Shown: piece after piece, positions 17,881 to 24,933 of the stretch
Layout of the letters: every line of letters starts with the position of its first letter
How positions within the stretch are numbered: the first letter of the stretch is position 1
Source: an uncultured Enterobacteriaceae bacterium
Lineage (GTDB): Bacteria; Verrucomicrobiota; Verrucomicrobiia; Opitutales; UBA953
DNA: 32,000 nucleotides
Direction of reading: 5' to 3'
NCBI GenBank assembly: GCA_964590115.1
Contig: CAZPYE010000012.1
Span: forward strand, 1 to 32,000
Program-made: the position numbers and the translations under genes
The notes under the pieces: generated by a model
Databases searched by the model: none
What the model was told of the DNA's origin: nothing
Seen by the model: the letters and a program-made list of their open reading frames with translations, nothing else

Positions 17881-19002
17881 TCAGTCGTATTTGCGTTTGA
17901 CGAAAGGCGCAAGCCCGGTCGGAAGCACGGGAACGGATTCTTTGACTTTCGTTATCAGCGACGAGGCAATGAGGCCGAAGTAATGCCAATGTTCCGGTTT
18001 GGCGGAGAAAAGCCATTCTAAAGCCGACCAGAAAAAGGCGATTTCGCTCCGCAGTGTTTCCGCCTGAATCCGGAATCGTCGGAATCCGAGCGCGTAGATT
18101 TCCGTAAGTTCCTCCCGGGAGAGAAGTCCGGCACTTGGTGCATCCGCCCCCGCGAGCACGGAAACGTCTTCGCACTTTGCCTCCGCAAGAATACGATGCC
18201 GTTCCCGCAAGGGCTCGGCGTTCCACGGGCTTAGGCGTATCTTAGCGAGTGCGGACAGGTGGCGTTCCCGCACGGGACAATTGCGAAGACAACTGTAGTT
18301 GACCGTGATTTCAAATTTTTCCGTGCCGGAGGTTTCGGCAAGTTTTTTCAAAAGGTCGAGATTGGAAATATCGTCCGGATGGAGCGCGACAACGGAAAAG
18401 CGTTTAGCCGTTTCGATGTAGTATTCGGCGTTCCCGCGTCCGTTTTCGACGACGGACTTGTTCGCGCCCGCACGCACGGAAAGAGCCGGGAATTTTTGGC
18501 GGATATAGCCGGCAAGAAGCTCCGATGCGACGGATACCGAGGCGCGCGGCATTTGCGCGGCGTAATTCAGCAACGTGTTCCCGATTGCGTCGGTGAGCAT
18601 TTCCTCCGTGATGTAGGGATTGTCGAATTGAAAAACGAATGTCGAAGTCCGGGCGGCAAGTTTTTTGAGCGTTGCCGCAATGTCGCCCGGCGGCATAAGC
18701 GGACGCGATTGAAACCACTCGAGTGTCCAGATGCAGGGCGGAGCTCCGTGAATTTCGGCAACGGCGTGCGGGCGGTCAAAATTCTCTTGAACGAAGTCGC
18801 ACAGCACACTTCTCGCCTGTTCGTAAAGAAAGACTCCGCCGATATTCCAGCGAGCTTCCGGGAAATCCGTGTCGGCGAGAACGGCGAGTTTTTTCTCCTG
18901 CGGCGCGGCGGGAGAAAGGAGCGTAAACGGCACCTGCGTTCCCGTGCCGGGCGCACTCGGAGTGAGAGAAATAAAATTGGAGGGCGTGGAAATATTGCTC
19001 AT
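17881..19002 (-). CDS. Uncharacterised protein, paralog B of a tandem pair
   Basis: 373-aa ORF with a GGAGA Shine-Dalgarno 8 nt upstream and a start 20 nt after the stop of paralog A. It shares blocks with A: IHGAP, FDNPYITEEMLTDAIGNTLLNY, VENGRGNAEYY, LHPDD, FEITVNYSCLRNCPVRERH and ALGFRRFRIQ. I recognise no family. Confidence 0.8.
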   Translation of the reverse strand: MSNISTPSNFISLTPSAPGTGTQVPFTLLSPAAPQEKKLAVLADTDFPEARWNIGGVFLYEQARSVLCDFVQENFDRPHAVAEIHGAPPCIWTLEWFQSRPLMPPGDIAATLKKLAARTSTFVFQFDNPYITEEMLTDAIGNTLLNYAAQMPRASVSVASELLAGYIRQKFPALSVRAGANKSVVENGRGNAEYYIETAKRFSVVALHPDDISNLDLLKKLAETSGTEKFEITVNYSCLRNCPVRERHLSALAKIRLSPWNAEPLRERHRILAEAKCEDVSVLAGADAPSAGLLSREELTEIYALGFRRFRIQAETLRSEIAFFWSALEWLFSAKPEHWHYFGLIASSLITKVKESVPVLPTGLAPFVKRKYD

Positions 19003-19022
19003 GAGGTTTTCTCCGAAATAAA

Positions 19023-19997
19023 TTACACGGCGGGGGAAAGCGTGGACGTGGCCTCGAGAAATTGGAGCTTGAGACGCCGGATGTAGTTTTCTCCCGGCGC
19101 ATCCGTGCGTAAGGCGAGGCGAAGCAGATCGTAAAGCACTCCGGCGCCGTTCGCCATACCGCGCCCCTGAACCTTAAACTTGCGGAAACCGAGATCGTAG
19201 AGGCGTTTGATTTCGTCTTGCGTGAGTGCGGCACAATTGCGTTCGGGGTCGCCTACGAGCACGTTCAGGTCGGAACAACCGTTGTTTTTCCAACGCTCGT
19301 CAAACTTCTGGTCAACGTGTCCGAAATAATTCAAAGCGAGACTGGAAAGATATTTGTAGTGCCACGGGCGAATTTTACAGCCGCGAATACAATATTCGTT
19401 GACGAGGATTTCGTAGCGCTCCTTGTCTTCAAGTTGTGCAAGCATTTCAAAATTGGTCGAATCGTCCGGATGCACCATTACCTTGTCAAAACGCTCGGCA
19501 AGTTTGCGGTAGTAGTCGGCGTTCCCGCGCCCGTTTTCGACGGTAACCTTGAGGATGGAAGACACGCGCTTGAGCTTCGGGTAATTTTTCCCGACATGGT
19601 CGAAAAGGGCTTCGGAGGCGCAGATGACGGCGTTGTTCCCGGTAGGATTCTGCTTTTCGAAAAAGTTCAAAAGTGCGTTCCCGGTCGGGTCGGAAACGTG
19701 TTCCTCCCTAAGGAGATGATTCGTGAAAGTGAGGTCGACGGCGATTCCCCGGCGGGCGTAGGCAAGCCCGGCATCGCGCATTTGCTCGGCGGTGCAGGCG
19801 GCGCGAGGCAAAACGCGTCCGCTGTTCCAAAGAAAAAGCGGCGAACCGTGCACGAGTTTTAAGATTTTAACGCCTGTCGTTTGCAGAAAAAAATCGTGGA
19901 ACAGTAAAAGTTCCCGGTCGTTGACGAATGCGCCGGAAACGTCCCAGAACGCGTCGGGCCAAAGCGGGTTAACAAAGGAGGAAATCGGAGATGCCAT
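19023..19997 (-). CDS. Uncharacterised protein, paralog A of a tandem pair
   Basis: 324-aa ORF with blocks VHGSP, FTNHLLREEHVSDPTGNALLNF, VENGRGNADYY, VHPDD, YEILVNEYCIRGCKIRPWH and DLGFRKFKVQG. An alternating beta/alpha pattern suggests an alpha/beta (TIM-barrel-like) fold. I recognise no family. Confidence 0.8.
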   Translation of the reverse strand: MASPISSFVNPLWPDAFWDVSGAFVNDRELLLFHDFFLQTTGVKILKLVHGSPLFLWNSGRVLPRAACTAEQMRDAGLAYARRGIAVDLTFTNHLLREEHVSDPTGNALLNFFEKQNPTGNNAVICASEALFDHVGKNYPKLKRVSSILKVTVENGRGNADYYRKLAERFDKVMVHPDDSTNFEMLAQLEDKERYEILVNEYCIRGCKIRPWHYKYLSSLALNYFGHVDQKFDERWKNNGCSDLNVLVGDPERNCAALTQDEIKRLYDLGFRKFKVQGRGMANGAGVLYDLLRLALRTDAPGENYIRRLKLQFLEATSTLSPAV

Positions 19998-20008
19998 TCT
20001 GCGGCAAA

Positions 20009-20037
20009 AGATAACGCGTTCCCGCGTTTGCCTGCAA
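20009..20037 (-). promoter_or_regulatory. Candidate sigma70-type promoter for the paralog operon (minus strand: TTGCAG - 17 nt - TTATCT)
   Basis: The -35 is the complement of 20032-20037 and the -10 is the complement of 20009-20014. AAATTTCAAT lies immediately upstream, and 11 nt separate the -10 from the ATG at 19997. Confidence 0.35.
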
Positions 20038-20041
20038 ATTG

Positions 20042-20075
20042 AAATTTAGCGCACGCGAACGCGTGCGCTAAATTT
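20042..20075. promoter_or_regulatory. Perfect 16-bp inverted repeat AAATTTAGCGCACGCG-aa-CGCGTGCGCTAAATTT; candidate operator
   Basis: All 16 pairs verified base by base (20042-20057 against 20060-20075). It abuts the -35/UP region of the candidate paralog-operon promoter and is centred roughly 55-60 bp upstream of the expected transcription start. Confidence 0.5.
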
Positions 20076-20089
20076 AGTGAACGGTGACC

Positions 20090-20167
20090 GGAGACGAGTG
20101 ACTGGTGAAGTGTTAAGGTTTTTGCTTTCAGCAAAAACTTTGAAGTGTTTGCCGGTCTCTCGTCTCT
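20090..20167 (+). other. Nested imperfect hairpin of about 78 nt (candidate structured RNA or REP/MITE-like palindromic element)
   Basis: The outer stem pairs 20091-20105 with 20152-20166 (14 of 15 positions, including one T-G). The inner stem pairs GTTTTTGCT (20118-20126) with AGCAAAAAC (20130-20138) across a 3-nt loop, and is extendable. The internal loops carry a direct repeat TGAAGTGTT (20106-20114 and 20141-20149). The non-Watson-Crick positions are G-T/T-G on the + strand, so they would be wobble pairs only in a + strand RNA. Confidence 0.4.
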
Positions 20168-20191
20168 ATTTACAGGTCTCCAAATTGAAAT

Positions 20192-20220
20192 TTGACGAAG
20201 CGAATCCGTGTTTTTACGAT
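20192..20220 (+). promoter_or_regulatory. Candidate sigma70-type promoter for comM (TTGACG - 17 nt - TACGAT)
   Basis: Hexamers at 20192-20197 and 20215-20220, with AAATTGAAAT immediately upstream. Only 7 nt separate the -10 from the ATG at 20228, which implies a leaderless transcript. Confidence 0.35.
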
Positions 20221-20227
20221 TCCGTCA

Positions 20228-21763
20228 ATGTTTGCAATCGTTCACTCAGGGGCTCTTATCGGAATTGAGGCGTTACCCGTTCACATCGAAATGAAGTCGG
20301 GCTTACACGGGGATCCCGGCTTGCGCGTGGTCGGCTTGCCCGACGCGGCGGTTAAGGAATCGACGGAGCGCGTAACGGCGGCGCTGATGAACGGAGGCTT
20401 TTCGCTCAGCGACACACGAACCGTCATCAACCTCGCTCCGGGCGATATCCGCAAAGAAGGTCCGATTTACGATTTGCCAATCGCGCTTTCAATCTTGGCG
20501 ACATCGAAGCAAATGGATTTTTCGCGCTTGGAAAATTTTGTCATCGCCGGAGAGTTGAGCCTGAACGGGAACGTTCGTCCCGTGCGCGGCGGCGTTTCCC
20601 TGGCACTTTTGGCTCGGCGGGAAGGTCGCGATTTGATTTTGCCGAGAAAATCCGCCGAAGAAGCCGCATTGGTGGAAGGCGTGCGGGTTTTTCCCGTGGA
20701 AACGCTGACGGAATGCGTGAGGTTTCTTAACGGAGACGCGGAAATCGCACCGCTTACGCCGGAGAAAAGCCCGTTCCGTTCCCGCGGGAACGCTTTTTGT
20801 GCGGATTTTTCCGAGGTTAAGGGACAATTTCAGGTGCGTCGTGCTGTCGAAGTCGCCGTCGCCGGAGGACACAATATTTTGATGATCGGCTCGCCCGGCT
20901 CCGGAAAAAGCATGATTGCCAAGCGTATCCCGACAATTCTGCCTGCGCCGACGCTCGACGAATTTTTGGAAATTCTGGGAATTCACTCTGCGGCGGGAAT
21001 TTCTCTCGCTGACGAAAACCGCTTTTTTTCGCGCCCGTTCCGCAGCCCGCATCACACCATTTCCGATGTCGGGCTCATCGGAGGAGGAAGCGTTCCCGGA
21101 CCGGGAGAAATATCGCTTGCTCACAACGGCGTGCTTTTTCTCGACGAGTTTCCGGAATTCAAGCGTTCTGCGCTCGAGGTGATGAGACAGCCGCTCGAAG
21201 ACGGCGAGGTCAGCATTTCTCGTGCAGCGGGGAAAATCACGCTTCCGAGTCGATTTATGCTCGTCGCGGCAATGAATCCCTGTCCGTGCGGCTATCTCGG
21301 AGACAAATCGAGGCAATGCCGTTGCTCTCCGGTGCAGATTCAGCGCTACCGGTCGCGGCTGTCCGGACCGCTACTCGACCGCATAGACATCCATGTGGAA
21401 GCTCCCGCACTCTCCATTGACGAATTGAGAACCGCCGCCCCGGGAGAAAGTTCGGACAAAATGCGGGAACGCATTTCCGCCGCGCGAGAGATTCAGAAAA
21501 AACGTTTTGCGGGAACGCCCCTGCGCAACAACGCGCAAATGACGTCGAAACATTTGAGAGAAGTTTGCGCGCTTACGCCGGAGCAGGGCTTGATTTTACA
21601 ACGCTCCATGGAAAAGCTCGGGCTTTCGGCGCGCGCCTACGACCGGATTCTGAAAGTTGCCCGAACGATTGCCGACCTCGCGGGAACGCCGTCAATCGAA
21701 ACGACGCAGCTTCTCGAAGCAATCAACTACCGCAGTCTCGACCGCAATACGCAGTATTTCTAA
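20228..21763 (+). CDS. comM: YifB/ComM family ATPase (Mg-chelatase-like AAA+ with Lon-like N-domain)
   Basis: Trimmed from the TTG at 20192 to the ATG at 20228 ([21 protein letters not shown], the typical family N-terminus). It has Walker A GSPGSGKS and Walker [11 protein letters not shown], plus MNPCPCGY and [10 protein letters not shown]. Confidence 0.9.
   Translation: MFAIVHSGALIGIEALPVHIEMKSGLHGDPGLRVVGLPDAAVKESTERVTAALMNGGFSLSDTRTVINLAPGDIRKEGPIYDLPIALSILATSKQMDFSRLENFVIAGELSLNGNVRPVRGGVSLALLARREGRDLILPRKSAEEAALVEGVRVFPVETLTECVRFLNGDAEIAPLTPEKSPFRSRGNAFCADFSEVKGQFQVRRAVEVAVAGGHNILMIGSPGSGKSMIAKRIPTILPAPTLDEFLEILGIHSAAGISLADENRFFSRPFRSPHHTISDVGLIGGGSVPGPGEISLAHNGVLFLDEFPEFKRSALEVMRQPLEDGEVSISRAAGKITLPSRFMLVAAMNPCPCGYLGDKSRQCRCSPVQIQRYRSRLSGPLLDRIDIHVEAPALSIDELRTAAPGESSDKMRERISAAREIQKKRFAGTPLRNNAQMTSKHLREVCALTPEQGLILQRSMEKLGLSARAYDRILKVARTIADLAGTPSIETTQLLEAINYRSLDRNTQYF
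20777..20792. repeat. Perfect 16-bp palindrome CGTTCCCGCGGGAACG (two abutting inverted copies of the abundant octamer) inside comM
   Basis: Read directly. It encodes ..FRSRGNAF.. in comM. A similar 14-bp version, GTTCCCGCGGGAAC, lies at 2163-2176 in intergenic DNA. Confidence 0.9.
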
Positions 21764-21863
21764 TCCGCCGGGCACTACGCCCGATTTTCCGCTTCTCGCG
21801 TTTCGGATTCTTATTTTGCTTTCGCGAAAGCGGGAAAAAGGGCATACTCGCCCACGATTTTCT

Positions 21864-22823
21864 ATGCGTTTTTTCCCTTCAGTGCTTGTTCTCTTTTTCG
21901 GAATCGTTTTCGGCGTTCCCGCCGCAACGGCTCAAGTGGTGAATTTCGACACGGAAATTCGGGAAAAAGGTTTCGGGAAAAACGAATCGCGGGAACGCGG
22001 TGTCGGGTCATGGAAAAAAGGGGCGACTCGAGTCGAAATACAGAACCGCAAACGTTATGTGCTTATAAACGGTTCCCGCCTTTATCTCGGGCATTCTCCG
22101 AGCGTCGAACACGGAAAGTTTTTTTTGAAAAAACGAGATTGGGAAAAACGCATTGCGCCCGTCGTCGCGCCTCCGAAGACGAAGTCTCCGCGCTGTATCG
22201 TTATTGATCCCGGCCACGGCGGGCGCGATCCCGGCAAGGTAAATAAGCGCGGGATGTACGAAAAGAATTACGTCCTCGATATTTCCAAGCGCGTCGCCCG
22301 TATCCTGAAAGCCCGAGGCTATACGGTTTTACTTACGCGCGACGGTGATTCGACGCTCGAACTTCAGGAGCGCCCGGCGCGTGCAAAACGTTGGAAGGCG
22401 GATTTGTTTGTGAGTATTCACCTCAATTCCGCGTCTTTGGCATCTGCTCGCGGAATCGAAACATTTGCGCTTACGCCTGCGGGAGAATCCTCAACCGGAG
22501 ATACCGGAGGAACACTGAAGAGCGCGGCGGACGAGGGAAACGCGCTCGACCCGCTCAATACATTGCTCGCGTTTAAGGTGCATTCCGCACTCATCGCAAA
22601 GACCGATGCGGAAGATCGCGGCGTAAAATACGCTAATTTTGCCGTTTTGCGCACATTGAACTGTCCGGGAATTTTAGTCGAATGCGGATTCCTGACGAAT
22701 GCGTCGGACACGGCGTTGGTTTCGACGAAGAACGGGCGGGAACGCATCGCCGCCGGAATCGCCGACGGAATCGAATCCTATGTCGGCGCCGTCGGAACCG
22801 CTCCTGCCCGGCGCCGGAAATGA
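21864..22823 (+). CDS. N-acetylmuramoyl-L-alanine amidase (Amidase_3 family)
   Basis: Trimmed from 21657 to the ATG at 21864, giving the signal peptide MRFFPSVLVLFFGIVFGVPAATAQ. Amidase_3 motifs are present: VIDPGHGGRDPG, FVSIHLNS and GILVECGFLTN. Confidence 0.88.
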   Translation: MRFFPSVLVLFFGIVFGVPAATAQVVNFDTEIREKGFGKNESRERGVGSWKKGATRVEIQNRKRYVLINGSRLYLGHSPSVEHGKFFLKKRDWEKRIAPVVAPPKTKSPRCIVIDPGHGGRDPGKVNKRGMYEKNYVLDISKRVARILKARGYTVLLTRDGDSTLELQERPARAKRWKADLFVSIHLNSASLASARGIETFALTPAGESSTGDTGGTLKSAADEGNALDPLNTLLAFKVHSALIAKTDAEDRGVKYANFAVLRTLNCPGILVECGFLTNASDTALVSTKNGRERIAAGIADGIESYVGAVGTAPARRRK

Positions 22824-24463
22824 CAATGAAAAACGGTGCCTCGTCTTATTTTTCGATGCTGGTAACGGCGGCGGGAACGTCGGGCTCGCGCCTGCTCGGA
22901 CTCGTGCGCGACCAGCTGATAGCGGGATTTTTCGGGACGGGGAGTTTCGCGGCGGCGTTCATCATCGCATTTCAAATCCCGAATCTCTTTCGCAGGCTTT
23001 TAGGCGAGGGCGCTTTGACGTCCGCACTTATGCCGGTGATGACACAGGAGAAAAAAAACGGCGGGAACGCTCGCGCATTTTCTTTCTTTAATCTCGTCGT
23101 TTGCCGCGTCGCTCCGTGGATGCTGTTGCTGACGGCGGGGTTTTGCCTTGTCGCAATCGCAATTGCCGTTGCTCCGGAGGCTTGGATAAAGTTCGGCGCG
23201 GAAATTGCGGGTGCCGACGGCGATATTACGCGTCATCGGCTTGCCGCGTGGCTGACGGCACTTTGTATGCCGTATATGCCGATGATTTGTATCGCCGCCG
23301 TATTTACCGCCGGGCTGAACATGCTCGGGAAATTTACCGTGACTGCGCTCAGTGCGATTTGGCTGAATTTGGCGATGATTTTTTCGCTGGGCGTTTTGGG
23401 ATACCAATTCGGAGAAACGCCTACGGAACGCGTGGTGTGGCTCTGTTCGGGTGCGTTGCTCGGAGGCGCATTACAACTGTGCGTTCCCGCGTTTGCGCTT
23501 TGGCGGGAAGGCTGGCGTTTTGAATGGACCCGAGAGCGCACGGCGGCGTGGGCGGATTTAAAAGCGATGTTCTTGCCCGCCGTCGTCGGCGCGGGCATCA
23601 ATCAGATAAACATTTTTCTTACGCGTTTTCTGGCATTCGCCCTCGAAGAACAGGCTTTGTCCGTTTATTACTACGCCAACCGCATCGTGGAAATTCCGGT
23701 CGGGATTTTTACGGTAACCGTTACGACGGTGGTTTTTCCGCTTTTGGCAAAACATGCGGCGGACGGGAACACCCGGGAGCTGGGAGGAACGTTTGCGCAC
23801 GGAATGCGCCTGATTTACGCGATTAACGTTCCCGCGACGGTCGGGATTATTGCGCTCGCGTTCCCGTTAGTGAAACTGTTTTTCGAACACGGAAACTTTA
23901 CGGCGGCAGACACGGCGGCGACGGTGCCCGTGCTTTGGGTTTTCGCGCTTGCCGTTCCGTTTTATGCCGTGAGCGGTCTGGTCGGGCGCGCACTTAATTC
24001 GCTCAAAGACACGAAGACACAGACGAAGACGGCGGGGCTCGCTTTCGGATTGAATTGCGTGCTCGCACCTTCGTTGGGCTGGTTTTTCGGCGCCGTCGGA
24101 CTCGCCGCCGCGAATCTGATTTCCGCCGCCGTGCAATGCGTGGTGCTCTACGTCGTTCTGCGCAGGCGGGAACGTGCGTTTTCCGCAGAATCCGTTAGCG
24201 GCGCATTCTTTAAAACATTGGTCGCAGCGGCACTGATGGGGGCATTTACGCTGGGCGCATGGTATTGTGTCTTCGAGAAACTTTTTGACGGAGGAAACCT
24301 GTTCGGGACGAATACGGGAATTTTGGCGGCGTTGCTCGTCGTCGTGCCTGTCGCGGTCGGGGTTTATTTTGCGTTTCTCAAACTTTTCCGCTACCCGGAG
24401 TGCGACGAGATTCTCGGCTTGCTTCTGCGAAAGTTTAAGATCGGGAAACGGACCCGCTCGTAA
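22820..24463 (+). CDS. murJ: Lipid II flippase MurJ (MviN)
   Basis: Trimmed from 22682 to the ATG at 22820, which overlaps the amidase stop (ATGA). It has the MurJ N-terminal signature SRLLGLVRDQLIAGFFGTG..AFIIAFQIPNLFRRLLGEGAL and about 14 TM helices. Confidence 0.9.
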   Translation: MTMKNGASSYFSMLVTAAGTSGSRLLGLVRDQLIAGFFGTGSFAAAFIIAFQIPNLFRRLLGEGALTSALMPVMTQEKKNGGNARAFSFFNLVVCRVAPWMLLLTAGFCLVAIAIAVAPEAWIKFGAEIAGADGDITRHRLAAWLTALCMPYMPMICIAAVFTAGLNMLGKFTVTALSAIWLNLAMIFSLGVLGYQFGETPTERVVWLCSGALLGGALQLCVPAFALWREGWRFEWTRERTAAWADLKAMFLPAVVGAGINQINIFLTRFLAFALEEQALSVYYYANRIVEIPVGIFTVTVTTVVFPLLAKHAADGNTRELGGTFAHGMRLIYAINVPATVGIIALAFPLVKLFFEHGNFTAADTAATVPVLWVFALAVPFYAVSGLVGRALNSLKDTKTQTKTAGLAFGLNCVLAPSLGWFFGAVGLAAANLISAAVQCVVLYVVLRRRERAFSAESVSGAFFKTLVAAALMGAFTLGAWYCVFEKLFDGGNLFGTNTGILAALLVVVPVAVGVYFAFLKLFRYPECDEILGLLLRKFKIGKRTRS

Positions 24464-24548
24464 AGATTTCAAATCGGAGAAGTTTACTGCGGAATATGCT
24501 TCTCGGCGCATACTTCCGCGATTCCCGTTCCGGTCGGAAAATTTCAAT

Positions 24549-24576
24549 TTGCAGTGCGGTTCGGAACAGTTAGAAT
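24549..24576 (+). promoter_or_regulatory. Candidate sigma70-type promoter for yhbY (TTGCAG - 16 nt - TAGAAT)
   Basis: Hexamers at 24549-24554 and 24571-24576, with AAAATTTCAAT immediately upstream. 11 nt separate the -10 from the ATG at 24588. Confidence 0.45.
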
Positions 24577-24587
24577 TGCCGACTTTT

Positions 24588-24884
24588 ATGGACGAAAACG
24601 CAAACAGCACATCGGCGCTCAGCGGCGCGGAGAAGAAAAAACTTCGGGGACAGGCACAGTTGCTCGAAGCAAAAATTTCCGTCGGTAAAAACGGCGTTAC
24701 TCCGGAAATGCTCAAAACGCTGGCGCTTATTTTAAAAAAGGAAACCCTTGTGAAGGTGCGTTTTGCCGAAGGACGCTCCGAAATGATGGCACAGATTGCC
24801 GACCTCGAAAACGGAACGGGCGCCGTTTGCGTCGGACACGTCGGGCGAACGGCATCGTTTTTCAAACCTGCGGAAGCGGAATAA
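24588..24884 (+). CDS. yhbY: Ribosome assembly RNA-binding protein YhbY (CRM domain)
   Basis: Trimmed from ORF 24267-24884 to the ATG at 24588, giving 98 aa. The sequence LSGAEKKKLRGQAQLLEAKISVGKNGVTPEMLKTLALILKKETLVKVRF..GHVGRTASFF matches the YhbY/CRS1 layout. Confidence 0.8.
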   Translation: MDENANSTSALSGAEKKKLRGQAQLLEAKISVGKNGVTPEMLKTLALILKKETLVKVRFAEGRSEMMAQIADLENGTGAVCVGHVGRTASFFKPAEAE

Positions 24885-24933
24885 GTTCCCTCCCGAAATA
24901 CGCCGATTTTAATTCTTTATTTTTGATTTAATC

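Noticed and set aside
16901-18226. 441-aa minus-strand ORF spanning the MFS gene, the terminator and part of paralog B
   Set aside because: It is antisense to the MFS gene and out of frame with paralog B. It crosses a convergent terminator, and its product is Arg-rich with no motifs.
17881-19997. Assignment of the paralog pair to the peptidase U32 (UbiU/UbiV, RlhA, TrhP) family
   Set aside because: The shared E-x-x-V-N-x-x-C-x3-C block only loosely resembles the U32 signature as I recall it (E-x-F-x2-G-[SA]-[LIVM]-C-x4-G-x-C). Both the Cys spacing and the Glu-to-Cys distance differ. I keep the heterodimer analogy as a hypothesis only, not as an annotation.
20046-20071. Calling the palindrome a CIRCE / HrcA operator
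   Set aside because: Only 7 of 9 positions per arm match the CIRCE consensus as I recall it. The spacer is 8 nt rather than 9, and the downstream genes are not groES/groEL/dnaK-type chaperones.
20034-20193. 13-bp direct repeat CAAATTGAAATTT (20034-20046 and 20181-20193) flanking about 135 bp, considered as a target-site duplication of a MITE-like insertion
   Set aside because: The repeat is itself quasi-palindromic (AAATT-GA-AATTT). Both copies coincide with the A/T-rich tract plus -35 of the two divergent candidate promoters, and the same motif precedes yhbY and dnaG. I saw no terminal inverted repeats immediately inside the direct repeats. It cannot be fully excluded without genome-wide copy counts.
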